Part shown: positions 8,722 to 20,836 of the stretch, piece by piece
Layout: each line of letters starts with the position of its first letter
How positions within the stretch are numbered: position 1 is the stretch's first letter
Source: an uncultured Gemmatimonadota bacterium
Lineage (GTDB): Bacteria > Blakebacterota > Blakebacteria > Blakebacterales > Blakebacteraceae
Direction of reading: 5' to 3'
Assembly (NCBI GenBank): GCA_964576115.1
Contig: CAZNUA010000017.1
Coordinates: 1-64,000, forward strand
Length of the DNA: 64,000 nucleotides
Notes under the pieces: generated by a model
Seen by the model: only the letters and a program-made list of their open reading frames with translations
Database searches by the model: none
What the model was told of the DNA's origin: nothing
Program-made: the position numbers and the translations under genes

Positions 8722-10526
8722 CTATCTGATGACCGAAAACTGCAGGGACCGGGTGGTCCCGTCGTGTGTACCCAGGAGCAGATAGACACCGGCGGCGGCT
8801 TCGTTGCCCTGCTCGTCTCGACCGTCCCAGCCGAGGCCGAGATCGTCTGTGAATGTCGAGCCGGCTTCGAGCGCTGTAAATGTGTGCGACCAGATCAGGG
8901 CCCCGCTCAGGGCGCGGATTTCAAGTTTCACATGCCCCACAGTGGTCGTATCGAAGGCGAAGTACATCGTCTCGTCATCCCCGGGACGGAAGGGATTGGG
9001 GTAATTCTGGCGCAGGACGAAGGCGCTTCCGGAGGCCGACGCCGAGACCACACCGGCCCCCTGCCCCGCTTCGAACACCGCCGAGCGGTTCAGAGGCGAA
9101 CCGGTCGAAAGACTGAAATTGTCTCCGGCGAACGACCACCGGATGATGTTGTTCCAGGTGCCGGTATCGAACAGTTCGATACCGGTTCCCTCGCCGGGTT
9201 CGGCGTCAACGCGGGTCCGGGTGGCGACCGACCCCAGCTGGCCGCCGGAGGCCTCGCCGGCGATGCCCACTCCCCATTCGGCCTGCTGGCTCGGATCGAG
9301 GCGCAGAGCCACCCCGCCGGAGGTGGTAGCTGACGGTGAACGGTAATACCGGGTCGCCAGAGCCGGCAGGGTCAGATCGAGGGATATCAGATCCTGGCTC
9401 TGGATCGCAACTTCAGAGAAGGTCGCTCCCTCCTCATAGTAGGAGCCGGGGATCGCCCGGTCGCCGGTGTGCAGCATCCATTCGGTGAAGGTCGCGTAGG
9501 TGTCGATCAGGTCGGTCCCCTGGTTCTGCAGGTAGACCCGATGGGCTTCGATCGGATCGGCCGGTTCAGTGGCCATCACGGTCCAGATGTCCCGGACCGC
9601 GTCGGCTCCGAAAAGACCGTCCAGCATGAGCGTCCAGACCACGCTCCCATACATGTGCAGGGGGTATGTGGAGGAGTATTCGGTTAATGTAAGCTGCGGA
9701 TAATCAAGAAAATAAGGTGTGTAGTTCACGTAATCATTGATGCCGTCGTAGATCTGTTCCTCATGGTAGACAGCCGACGCTTCCGCAAACCAGATATATC
9801 GTTGATAGCTTCCCGAGAGCAGGGAATTGTTGTAGGCCAGTTGGAGGGCGTGATTGAACTCGTGGGCGATCGTGACCCGCAGGGAAGCCAGAGGCTCCAG
9901 CCCGTACCAGCTCTGCGGGTAATCGTTGTCGAGCACGATATAGGAAGCCGCGGTGTAGGGCGGTATGATCGAATACGGTTCGGTAGGCGCGGTGTAACCG
10001 AAATACCCGCCCTGGGCTTCGAGATCGATGAAGTAGACGTCATAGGTGCTGTTGCCGTCATTGACGGGGTACCGCCAGCCGCGGCTGAGGTACCAGGTCC
10101 GGACGCTGTCCAGGCAGGCCGCTGCGGTTTCGATGTAATCGGGGATGCCGTCGCCGTCCGAGTCCGCAGTCGGAACGGCGTCGTACTCGTTGTAGGGCGG
10201 ATTGTTCTGAACCGTATAATGGATCAGGAAGTAGCCCCCGGGACTGGTCCAGGTCTGTTCCTGATAGATCGGAACCCGATTGTCGAAAACCTCCGAGGCG
10301 GCTCGCCCCCCTTCGCTCAGGGCGGCCAGAACGGCGCCGAAACCGCACTTGACCGGGCCGCCGCCCGCCGCCTCATGCTGGGCCAGGGTCAGTTCGAGTG
10401 CCTGGCCGTGGGTCAGGAGTTCCAGAGCCGGATTGACCTGGGCCCGCGTCCGCCCTGATCCCGGCAGGGCGAGGAGGCCGGCGGAGACAACGACGACCGA
10501 CGTTCGGATGTGACGACGCAATACCT

Positions 10527-10530
<4 letters not shown>
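8722..10530 (-). CDS. Secreted zinc metalloprotease (MXAN_6640-like) with C-terminal FlgD-Ig/T9SS-like domain
   Basis: Signal peptide; TIAHEFNHALQ..WFAEASA zincin motif; DSDGDGIPDY; C-terminal LRQNYPNPF...WDGRDEQGNEAAAGVY. Confidence 0.85.
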
Positions 10531-11884
<1,354 letters not shown>

Positions 11885-11888
<4 letters not shown>

Positions 11889-13522
11889 GACTGTCCTCCC
11901 CCTCTTTGGAGCAGGATTCTGAAGGTGGAGGTTCCGGCCGCATCGGGTGCGTAGACGATCCGTCCCTCGTGGTTCTCCACGATCCGCTGGGCCACCGAGA
12001 GCCCGAGACCCGAACCACCCTGCTTCTTGGTATAGAACGGTTCGAAGACCATCTCCCGTTCTTCGCGCGCTACTCCCATACCATCATCCTGGATCCAGAT
12101 TTCGACCCGGTCGCTGGTCCCGCCGATCCTTTCCTGCCCGGGTGCCAGACGGATACGCACGCTCCCCGTTTCGATCGCTTCGAGCCCGTTGAGAACGAGG
12201 TTGAGGAAAACCTGCTTCATCTGGTCGCTGTCGGCAAGGATGAGTACGTCTTTGTCGACCTCGTGTACAACCGTTTTGCCGGTCGTACACGAGGGATGGG
12301 TGCGGGCCAGCTGCACCACATCGTCGAGGACCGGCCCCAGCGGCAGGGGGCGGATGTCGGCGGCCTGCGGACGGCCGTACTCCAGAAAGGTGTCCACGAT
12401 CCGGTTGATCCGGGCCGATTCGACGATGACCAGGTCGAGCAGGCGGCCGTCTTCGCCCTCGGGTTTGAGGCTCTCGCGCAGAACCTCGGCCGAACCGCTG
12501 ATGCTGGCAAGGGGATTGCGCAGTTCGTGGGCGATCCCGGCCGCCAGTTCTCCGGTGACGGCCAACCGGTCCTGTCGGCGCATTTTCTCCTCGACGACCT
12601 TGGCCTCGGTCAGATCCTGAAAGATGACCACCGCTCCCCGCACGTCCTGACGGTGGCGCAGGGCGGTCGGACTGACCCCCAGCGGCAGGGGTTTTCCGGT
12701 GTCGGTACGGATCACGACTTCGTTACGCCGTTCGAAAGGGTTTCCGGCCAGAGTGTTGCTCAACAGGTCGGCCAGCGGCTCGAGACGGTCGGTCAGAACG
12801 GCTTCATACCGTCGGCCCTCGGGTTCGGGCCCGGTCAGCTGCAGGATCTCGCGGGCGGCCTCGTTCAGGAAGATGACGGTTCCCTCATCATCGACCGTGA
12901 GCAAACCCGATTCCACACTCCCCAGAACGTCGGAAGTGTTGATCCGGAAACGCTCCAGAATGATACCGCTGGTGGTGGCCACCGCGAAGAGTACCAGAGC
13001 CGTAAACACCCACTCCCAGACCAGCTGGATACCATCGTTCCCGGAGAAACTGACCGCCGTCTGGTTGTAGATCACACCATAGGGTGCCAGTACTCCGCTG
13101 GCGTCCAGAGCGAAGAGCACGCCCAGGGCCAGGGCCGAGAGACTGGCCGCGAACAGACTGCCGCGCAGGTAGAGAAAGGGACCGGCCAGGACGACCGGGA
13201 AGAGAAAGACCAGGGCCAGCGAGCTGCTCGAGGCGCCGGTGTAGAAAACCACCATGGTCATGACCAGCACGTCGATGAAGACCTGAACGTAGAGTTGATC
13301 CTCGCGCAGGGGGATACCGGCCCGCAGCGGCTGGCTCATCCAGAGACTGGTCAGCAGGTTGGCCAGGATCAGCGCCCCCAGCGGGATGTCGACCACGTAC
13401 AGGGCGATGTTGCCGTAGTAGCCACGCAGCAGGAAGAATCCGGCCAGGGCCACGAAGAGTACCACCGCCAGACGCAGAACCTGAATGAACCGGATACTGC
13501 GGGGGCGCGTCAGGACAGCCAT
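11885..13522 (-). CDS. pilS: Sensor histidine kinase PilS
   Basis: Multi-TM N-terminus, PAS domain, AHELRNPL H-box, N/G1/G2 boxes; follows pilC. Confidence 0.85.
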
Positions 13523-13554
13523 CGTTTCCCCGATCGGTGGGGTCGGGCCGGCGG

Positions 13555-14760
13555 TCAGCCGACCACCTTCATCATATCGAACATCGGCAGGTACATGGCC
13601 ATGACCATGCCGCCGATCACCACCCCCAGGTAGACGATGATGAGCGGTTCGATGATCGAGGTCAGGGCTTCGACCGCCGCGTCCACTTCGTCATCGTAAT
13701 AGTCGGCGATCTTGCCGAGCATCTTGTCCAGCTCGCCGGTCTGTTCGCCCACGTTGACCATCTGCATGACCATTGGCGGAAAGACTTCGGATTCTTCGAG
13801 AGGCGCGGTGATCGTTTCCCCCCCGCCGATGCTCGACCGGGCCCCCATCAGAGCGTCTTCGATAATCCGGTTGCCGGCCGTGCGGGCGGTGATCTCGAGC
13901 GCTTCGAGGATACTCACTCCCGAGGACAGCAGGGTGCCCAGGGTGCGGGAGAACCGCGCCACCGAACTTTTCTGGACCAGCTCGCCGAACACGGGCAGTT
14001 TCAGCTTGATCTGATCGACCACCTGCTCGCCCCTGTCGGTGGCGTAGTACTGCTTGAACAGGAAGTAGGCGCCGACGATGATACCTACGATGATAAGGAT
14101 ATAACTGGCCACAAAATTACTCAGGTTGACCACCAGTTTGGTCGGCCAGGGCAGCGGCACGCCCGAGGATTCGAACATCCCCACGAAATTGGGGATCACG
14201 ACGATCAGCAGCACCGCCGTGGCCCCCAGGGCCACCGTCAGGACCACCACCGGGTACATCATGGCGCCCTTGATTTTGCGCTTCAGGGCATCGGCTTTCT
14301 CCATGTACTCGCTGACGCGCAACAGCACCTCGTCGAGGATTCCCCCCACCTCGCCGGCGGCGACCATGTTGATGAACAGAGAGTTGAAAATGTTCTTGTG
14401 CTTGGCCATCGCTTCGGAGAGGGTGGCCCCGGCTTCGACGTCGCCGGTGATCTTCTTCAGGGCGGCGGCAAAGGTGGGATTCTCCTGCTGGGACTGCAGG
14501 ATGTTCAGGCATTGCACCAGCGGCAGTCCGGCGTCGATCATGGTGGCGAACTGCCGCGAAAAGCCGGTGACCTCGGCCGCCCCGACCTTCTTGGGGCCGA
14601 AACCGGGCAGACTCAGTTCGGCCGGCTTCTTCTTGACCTTGGCATCGGTGATCCGGCGGGAGCGGACGATCTGCTGGGCCTGATCCAGATTTTCGGCCTC
14701 GATCTCCCCGCTGACCTCTTTACCCCCCCCTGATTTGCCTTCGTAGATGAAGACCGGCAC
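13555..14760 (-). CDS. pilC: Type IV pilus platform protein PilC (T2SS F family)
   Basis: FSRQFATMIDAGLPL, GEVGG, GEQTGELD, MYLPMF. Confidence 0.95.
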   Translation of the reverse strand: MPVFIYEGKSGGGKEVSGEIEAENLDQAQQIVRSRRITDAKVKKKPAELSLPGFGPKKVGAAEVTGFSRQFATMIDAGLPLVQCLNILQSQQENPTFAAALKKITGDVEAGATLSEAMAKHKNIFNSLFINMVAAGEVGGILDEVLLRVSEYMEKADALKRKIKGAMMYPVVVLTVALGATAVLLIVVIPNFVGMFESSGVPLPWPTKLVVNLSNFVASYILIIVGIIVGAYFLFKQYYATDRGEQVVDQIKLKLPVFGELVQKSSVARFSRTLGTLLSSGVSILEALEITARTAGNRIIEDALMGARSSIGGGETITAPLEESEVFPPMVMQMVNVGEQTGELDKMLGKIADYYDDEVDAAVEALTSIIEPLIIVYLGVVIGGMVMAMYLPMFDMMKVVG

Positions 14761-14763
14761 CGA

Positions 14764-15879
14764 TCAGCCCCCCTTCCTCGACTGTTTGGTCGTCGGCCCC
14801 ATCCCGGAGGTCCCCCCCCGGCTGAGCATTTCCTTGAGTTCCTCCGGTTCGGGACTGCGCAGAAGCGCTTCCTGCGAATCGATGTGGCGTTTCTTGATCA
14901 GATCGTAGAGCGACTGGTTCATGGTGCGCATGCCGAATTTGGTCCCGACCTGCATGATGCTGTAAATCTGATGAATTTTGTTGTCCCGGATCAGGGCGCG
15001 CACGGCCGGGGTACAGACCAGGATCTCGAGCGCCGCCGTGCGCCCTCCCCCGACCTTGGGCAGGAGCTGCTGGCTGACCACGCCCTCGAGAGTGAGCGAG
15101 AGCTGGGTACGCACCTGCTGCTGCTGAGTGGTCGGGAAGACGTCGATCAGACGGTTCATCGTCTGGGCTGCGGAGTTGGTGTGCAAAGTACCGAAGGCGA
15201 GGTGACCGGTCTCGGCGATGGTCAGGGCGGCCTCGATCGTCTCGAGGTCGCGCATCTCGCCGATCAGAACCACGTCGGGATCCTGACGCAGGGCGGCCCG
15301 CAGGGCGTTGGTGAAGCCCATGGTATCCGAACCGATCTGACGCTGGTTCACCAGCGCCCGCTTGTGATTGTGCACGAACTCGATCGGATCCTCGATGGTC
15401 AGGATGTGGACCGGTTCCGCGTTGTTGATCCGGTCGATCATCGCCGCCAGGGTCGTGGACTTGCCCGAACCGGTCGGCCCGGTGATGAGCACCAGCCCGT
15501 TGGGGCGTTCGCTGAGTTCCTTTACGATCGGCGGCATGCCCAGTTTCTCGAAGGTAAGGATCTCATAGGGGATGGTCCGGAACACGGCCGCCACCGCTCC
15601 CCGCTGCATGAAGACGTTGCCGCGGAATCGGCTCAGGCCCTTGATCCCGAAGGAGAAGTCGAGCTCCATCGTCTCTTCGAAATGCTTCTTCTGCTTCTCG
15701 GTCAACACGCTGTAGGCCAGGGCCTGCGTTTCCTCAGCGCCCATCCGCTCGAACTGGGTCATTTCGACCAGGTCGCCGTCAACGCGCATCTGTGGCGCCG
15801 TACCGACCGAGATGTGCAGGTCGCTCCCGCGCCGGGAGACCATGTCTTCGAGCAGTGACTTCAGGTTGAGCTGGGCCAT
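14764..15879 (-). CDS. pilT: Type IV pilus retraction ATPase PilT
   Basis: GPTGSGKST, TIEDPIE, ALRQDPD, TLHTNS and AVRALIRD (AIRNLIRE-like) motif. Confidence 0.95.
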   Translation of the reverse strand: MAQLNLKSLLEDMVSRRGSDLHISVGTAPQMRVDGDLVEMTQFERMGAEETQALAYSVLTEKQKKHFEETMELDFSFGIKGLSRFRGNVFMQRGAVAAVFRTIPYEILTFEKLGMPPIVKELSERPNGLVLITGPTGSGKSTTLAAMIDRINNAEPVHILTIEDPIEFVHNHKRALVNQRQIGSDTMGFTNALRAALRQDPDVVLIGEMRDLETIEAALTIAETGHLAFGTLHTNSAAQTMNRLIDVFPTTQQQQVRTQLSLTLEGVVSQQLLPKVGGGRTAALEILVCTPAVRALIRDNKIHQIYSIMQVGTKFGMRTMNQSLYDLIKKRHIDSQEALLRSPEPEELKEMLSRGGTSGMGPTTKQSRKGG

Positions 15880-15899
15880 GTCACCTCCCTCAATGGCGA

Positions 15900-17600
15900 T
15901 CAGATCTCGGTCGTCTCGCGCAGGACCTCGTCGAAGGAGGTGATTCCCTCCTTCATCTTCTGCACCGCATCGCCTCGCAAAGTCAGCATGCCGTCGGCTA
16001 CGGCGGCTTCCTTGATCTGGATGGTATTGCCCTCGTCGAGGACGATCTGACGCACCCTCGGTGTCATCGGCATGACTTCATAGGCCCCGACCCGGCCCTT
16101 GTAGCCGGTGCGGTTGCAGGTCGCGCAGCCTTCGGGGGTGAAGATCTCGGTTCCGATATCCGATTCGGGCAGGTCGAGCATTTCGGCCTGCTCGGGAGTT
16201 ATTGTGGAGGGTTTCTTGCATTCCTTGCAGAGCCGGCGCAACAGCCGCTGGGCCTGGATGACGTTGATCGAGGAGGCCAGCAGGAAGGGCGCCACACCCA
16301 TGTCGAGCATCCGGTTGATGGTGCTGGGTGCGTCGTTGGTGTGCAGGGTGCTCAGGACCAGGTGGCCGGTCAGGGCGGCCTTGATGGCGATCTCGGCCGT
16401 TTCGAGGTCCCGGATCTCCCCTACCATGATGATGTTGGGATCCTGACGCAGGAAGGAGCGCAGTGCCGCCGCGAAGGTCAGGCCGATCTCGGTGCGTACG
16501 TGCACCTGGTTGATGCCGGCCATGTTGTACTCGACCGGGTCTTCGGCGGTCATGATGTTGGTGTCGGGCTCGTTCAGCAGACTCATGGCAGAGTACAGAG
16601 TGGTCGACTTTCCCGATCCGGTCGGCCCGGTGACCAGGACCATACCGTAGGGCTGCTGCACCCCGAACATGAAGTCCTTCAGGGCCTTCTCGGTATAGCC
16701 CAGCTTGGTCAGGTCGAGGCTGAGATTCCCCGCATCGAGGATCCGCATGACGATCTTCTCGCCGAAGATCACCGGTAGAATGGAAACCCTGAGGTCGACC
16801 GCCTTGCCTCCGGTCTTGACCTTGATCCGGCCGTCCTGGGGAACCCGGCGCTCGGAGATGTCCAGATCGGACATGATCTTGATGCGCGAGACTACCGCGG
16901 CTTTGAGCCGGAAGGGAATCGGCGACATCTCGATCAACGTGCCGTCGATACGGTAGCGGACCCGGACGGCGCGTTCGTAGGGTTCGATATGGATGTCGGA
17001 GGCTCCCCGCCGGATGGCGTCGATGATGATCGAGTCGACCAGGCGGACCAGGGGAGCATCGGAGATGGCGGCCGCGAGGGCCTCGTCGTCCTCTTCCTCC
17101 TCCTCTTCGAGGACCTCCAGCTCGGCTCCCTCGAAATCGCGCAGGACGTCCTCCATGGCCTCGACCGCCGCCTCGGTCGGGGCGTAGTGGCCGTCGAGGA
17201 TGGTCTTGATCGCCGATTCGGCGGCGATGACCGGTTTGACGTTCAATCCGGTCACGAACTTGATCGAATCCAGGACGAAGATGTTCGAGGGATCGGCCGC
17301 GGCCACGGTCAGGGTGTTGCCGTTCTTGTCGACCGCCACGACGTTGAACTTGCGGGCCACGTCGGCGGGAATGATGCTCACGACATCGGGATTGAGGTCT
17401 TCGGCCGAGAGATCGATGACACCGACGTTGAGTTGCTTGCCCAGGTATTCGAGAATCTGCTGTTCGGTGAGTATTCCCATCGACACCAGGTTGGCGCCCA
17501 GTGTGCCCCCCTGCGTCTTCTGATTGCCCAGAGCGTCTTCGAGCTGCTCCTGACTGATGGCACCTGCTTTCAGGAGCATCTGTCCGAGCTTGATCGCCAT
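15900..17600 (-). CDS. pilB: Type IV pilus extension ATPase PilB
   Basis: MshEN-like KLGQML start, ASDIHIEP, Walker A, LRQDP and tetracysteine motif (CKEC..CATC). Confidence 0.95.
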   Translation of the reverse strand: MAIKLGQMLLKAGAISQEQLEDALGNQKTQGGTLGANLVSMGILTEQQILEYLGKQLNVGVIDLSAEDLNPDVVSIIPADVARKFNVVAVDKNGNTLTVAAADPSNIFVLDSIKFVTGLNVKPVIAAESAIKTILDGHYAPTEAAVEAMEDVLRDFEGAELEVLEEEEEEDDEALAAAISDAPLVRLVDSIIIDAIRRGASDIHIEPYERAVRVRYRIDGTLIEMSPIPFRLKAAVVSRIKIMSDLDISERRVPQDGRIKVKTGGKAVDLRVSILPVIFGEKIVMRILDAGNLSLDLTKLGYTEKALKDFMFGVQQPYGMVLVTGPTGSGKSTTLYSAMSLLNEPDTNIMTAEDPVEYNMAGINQVHVRTEIGLTFAAALRSFLRQDPNIIMVGEIRDLETAEIAIKAALTGHLVLSTLHTNDAPSTINRMLDMGVAPFLLASSINVIQAQRLLRRLCKECKKPSTITPEQAEMLDLPESDIGTEIFTPEGCATCNRTGYKGRVGAYEVMPMTPRVRQIVLDEGNTIQIKEAAVADGMLTLRGDAVQKMKEGITSFDEVLRETTEI

Positions 17601-17620
17601 GCTCGATCCTTCCTCCCCGG

Positions 17621-17839
17621 TTACCGCAGCAGGATGATGGCCATCAGGACGAGCGCGAAGAGAATCACGAGCCAGGACACCGAACGCGGGCGTATCCGGC
17701 GCTGCCGTGAAGACGACGCCCGTTGCAGGGTGACGTGCCGCTCCTGCGCGACGGTCTCCTCGCTCTCGTCGTCTTCGTTCCGGCCGAAACGGAACCGGCG
17801 GTCTTCTCTCAGTCGTACCACGATCATTTCATCCTTCAA
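17621..17839 (-). CDS. Small hypothetical protein with C-terminal TM helix
   Basis: 72-aa ORF filling the space before pilB; exact start uncertain. Confidence 0.5.
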   Translation of the reverse strand: MKDEMIVVRLREDRRFRFGRNEDDESEETVAQERHVTLQRASSSRQRRIRPRSVSWLVILFALVLMAIILLR

Positions 17840-17863
17840 TGATGTGATCGTGTTCAGCCAGAC

Positions 17864-17869
17864 ATTGTA
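17864..17869 (-). promoter_or_regulatory. Putative -10 element upstream of the pil operon
   Basis: TACAAT on the minus strand, intergenic; weak -35. Confidence 0.35.
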
Positions 17870-17876
17870 GCGGGGC

Positions 17877-18551
17877 TCACATCAGAGCGATACCCCCAAA
17901 AATGTAGCCGGTCAATGCGACAGGCGGGCCCAGAATCATCCAGAACAGGTCGCGAAAACCGGGTACGATCAGCAGGACGAGCAGGATCAGGGCGCCGTAG
18001 CGCCCCACCCGCAGGTAGGTTGCGGTGGCCTGCGGGTTCAGAAAACGCAGCAGGATTTTCGATCCGTCCAGCGGTGGCAGGGGGATGAGATTGAACCAGG
18101 CCAGGATGATGTTGATGAAAAAGGCGAGAAAAACCATCACCATGAAAATCTCCCCCGCCCCGCTTACCCCGAAGCCCTGAGACCAGCTGCTGAAAGCCGC
18201 CAGGAACCGGTCGGCTCCCAGCAGGCGCATGAGAATCCCTGCCGCAAGAGCCTGCAGCAGATTCGACAGGGGCCCCGCCCCGGCGATCCAGAACATGTCG
18301 CGCCGGGGGTGGGCCAGATTGCGCGGGTCGACCGGAACCGGACGGGCCCAGCCGAAACGCTGGGTAACGATCAGTACCAGGGTTCCGATCGGATCGAGGT
18401 GAGCCAGCGGATTGAGGGTCAGCCGGCCCTGCTCGCGGGCGGTCGGGTCACCCAACCTGTCGGCGGTCCAGGCGTGGGCCCATTCGTGGACCGTCAGAGC
18501 CAGCAGGATGGGCGGAAGCAGGATGGGCAGCTGTCGCAGAATGTCGGGCAT
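17877..18551 (-). CDS. Site-2 protease (M50) family membrane metalloprotease
   Basis: HEWAH, GDPTA..GRLTLNPL, AGPLSN, FNLIPLPPLDG. Confidence 0.93.
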   Translation of the reverse strand: MPDILRQLPILLPPILLALTVHEWAHAWTADRLGDPTAREQGRLTLNPLAHLDPIGTLVLIVTQRFGWARPVPVDPRNLAHPRRDMFWIAGAGPLSNLLQALAAGILMRLLGADRFLAAFSSWSQGFGVSGAGEIFMVMVFLAFFINIILAWFNLIPLPPLDGSKILLRFLNPQATATYLRVGRYGALILLVLLIVPGFRDLFWMILGPPVALTGYIFGGIALM

Positions 18552-18575
18552 CGGTCGGGGAAATCCTCCCGGAAA

Positions 18576-19931
18576 TCATTCGGGTGTGGACGACATGTCC
18601 TTCAATAAACGTTCGGCCAGCTCCAGAGCTCCCTGCCGGGTGGAATATTCGCCGCGCAGGCGGGCCGAGAGCAGGGTTCGCAGAACGGCGCCGACGACCG
18701 GCCCCTCTCGGGCTCCAAGGGCCATGATGTCCTCCCCGGTCAGAAGGGGGTCGGTGGTGCGCAGCTCGTTCTCGAACCAGGCGATCCGGTCCCGCACGCC
18801 GGGTTCGGAACCCGAACGCAACAACAGGGCCAGGATGGTTTCGGGTTCGGTATCGGTCAAGGCCCAGAAAATATCGCCGGCCGTAGCGGCGGGTTCGCGC
18901 AGTACCCGCAGGCTCGTCTCGCCCCGCCGCGTGGTTTCGAGCGCACAGCGGATCGCCCGCCGCCCGAGATGGTACTCGACCGTCAGCATCTGTGCGGTTT
19001 CGGGGCCGGTTGAGCTCATCAGCAGAAGCCAGAGCACGATCCAGGCTTCGGGTCTTCCTTCGACCGGGCGGGTGGAAAGATCGGCGAACCAGTCGAGGAG
19101 CCGGTCGAGCTCGTCCACGGCCGGGTTGAACACCTCGTCGGGATAGCACCAGTCCCCGCTGAACAGGGCCGCCCATACTCCGGCCTGCTGCAGCTGTGCG
19201 ATCGAGTGCCGCGGATCGCGCTCGCTGAGAATGGCCACGATCTCGGCCCGCAGACGTTGGCGGCTGACCTCGTCGAGCAGGCCGCCGGCAACCGCCTCGG
19301 TCAGCCAGGTCGAGGTCTGCGGCTCCAGCGTGAAGCGGTACCGGGCCGCGAACCGGATGGCCCGCAGGATGCGGGTCGGATCGTCGCAGAAACTGCCCTC
19401 GTGCAGGGCCCGGATCGTTCCCGTAGCCAGATCGTGCCGCCCGCCGCTCGGATCGAGGAACTCCCCGGCCCGATCGGGCCCGAGCCGCACCGCCATGGCG
19501 TTGATGGTGAAATCGCGCCGGTGCATGTCGGCCAGGATGTCACCGGCGGCGACCTCGGGCAGAGCGCCGGGCGCGGGGTAACTCTCGCTGCGGGCGGTCG
19601 TGACATCGACCTTCACACCCCCGGGTAGGATGACCAGGGCGGTCCAGAACCGGGTGAACTCCTTCACCTCCCCGCCCTCACGGGCGGCAAGGGCGCGGGC
19701 GAAGGCGGGGCCGTCCCCTTCCACCACGAGGTCGAGATCGATCGCCCGCCGGCCGAGCAGAACGTCTCTGACCGGACCTCCCACCACCCAGACCCCCGTT
19801 CCTTCGGCCTGGGCGCAGCGGGCGGCGGCCCGGGCGGCGGCGCCCGCAGCCGGGCTCAGTCCGGCCTGCAGACGCCGGCCCATGTCCTCGCCGGGGTGCG
19901 GCGATCCGGATTCCGGTTCTGGCTTCGGCAT
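18576..19931 (-). CDS. tRNA nucleotidyltransferase (class II; probably A-adding type)
   Basis: VGGPVRD, DLD, ARSESYPAPGALP, ADMHRRDFTINAMA, DDPTRILRA; start taken at MPKPEP. Confidence 0.88.
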   Translation of the reverse strand: MPKPEPESGSPHPGEDMGRRLQAGLSPAAGAAARAAARCAQAEGTGVWVVGGPVRDVLLGRRAIDLDLVVEGDGPAFARALAAREGGEVKEFTRFWTALVILPGGVKVDVTTARSESYPAPGALPEVAAGDILADMHRRDFTINAMAVRLGPDRAGEFLDPSGGRHDLATGTIRALHEGSFCDDPTRILRAIRFAARYRFTLEPQTSTWLTEAVAGGLLDEVSRQRLRAEIVAILSERDPRHSIAQLQQAGVWAALFSGDWCYPDEVFNPAVDELDRLLDWFADLSTRPVEGRPEAWIVLWLLLMSSTGPETAQMLTVEYHLGRRAIRCALETTRRGETSLRVLREPAATAGDIFWALTDTEPETILALLLRSGSEPGVRDRIAWFENELRTTDPLLTGEDIMALGAREGPVVGAVLRTLLSARLRGEYSTRQGALELAERLLKDMSSTPE

Positions 19932-19936
19932 GACTC

Positions 19937-20836
19937 TCAACCCCGGGGGTGAAAGGTGCGGTGGACGTCTTTGAGATAGGAGCGATCGACGCGGGTATAG
20001 ATCTGGGTCGTGGAGATGTCGGCATGGCCCAGCATCTCCTGCACCGCCCGCAGATCGGCTCCGCCTTCGAGCAGATGGGTGGCGAAGCTGTGACGCAGGG
20101 TGTGAGGGGTGCACGCTTTCGCAATCCCCGCTTTGTCGACGTATTTCTTCATGATCTTCCAGAAGCCCATGCGGGAAAGCGGACCTCCCCGGACGTTCAG
20201 AAAGAGCGTGTCGGTCGGGGGTGTGGAGCGGCGCAGGCGGTCTCGGGGGCCGTCCAGATAGCGACCGATATAGTCCAGCGCGACCCGGCCGATGGGGATC
20301 AGACGTTCTTTGCGTCCCTTGCCGACGATGCGTACGAGCCCTTCGCGCCGGTCGAGATCGGTTACCGTCAGAGCGAGCAGTTCCGAAACCCGCAAGCCGG
20401 CGGCGTAGGCGGTCTCGAGCATGGCCCGGTCGCGCAGACCCAGATCGGAGGCCAGATCGGGCCCGTCGAGCAGGGCTTCGACCTCGAAGAAGTCGAGGAC
20501 CACGGGCAGTTTTTTCCACAGTTTCGGTCGTTCGACCCGAGCCGCCGGGTCGGTGCTGCACACGCCCTCGACCCGCAGGAAGCGATACAGGGTGCGTACG
20601 GCCGAGAGGGCCCGCACCACGCTGCGGGGAGCCAGCCCCTCACTCCTGAGCCGGCCGATCCAGGCCTCGACCTGCTCGGCGTCGGCAAGGGCGAGGGTGC
20701 TCTCAAGAGCCTCGAGATGAGCCAGCCAGCGCTCGAGGTCGTGCCGGTAGGCGGCAATGGTGTTCGGGGACAGGTCACGCTCGACCGCCAGGTGGTCGAG
20801 AAACTGCTCGAGCAGCTGTGCGTCGGTCGCACTCAT
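19937..20836 (-). CDS. xerD: Tyrosine recombinase XerD
   Basis: GLRVSEL, GKGRKER, PHTLRHSFATHLL, LGHADISTTQIYT; catalytic R-K-H-R-H-Y intact. Confidence 0.93.
   Translation of the reverse strand: MSATDAQLLEQFLDHLAVERDLSPNTIAAYRHDLERWLAHLEALESTLALADAEQVEAWIGRLRSEGLAPRSVVRALSAVRTLYRFLRVEGVCSTDPAARVERPKLWKKLPVVLDFFEVEALLDGPDLASDLGLRDRAMLETAYAAGLRVSELLALTVTDLDRREGLVRIVGKGRKERLIPIGRVALDYIGRYLDGPRDRLRRSTPPTDTLFLNVRGGPLSRMGFWKIMKKYVDKAGIAKACTPHTLRHSFATHLLEGGADLRAVQEMLGHADISTTQIYTRVDRSYLKDVHRTFHPRG

Noticed and set aside
7348-9333. Long antisense ORFs (also 11906-13633, 20818-22746, 29118-31637, 32459-34120, 37271-38950)
   Set aside because: Shadow frames of well-supported genes, expected in high-GC DNA; no motifs.
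19937-20836. Tyrosine recombinase as a prophage or island integrase
   Set aside because: XerD-type sequence in a housekeeping operon; no att repeats, phage genes or cargo.
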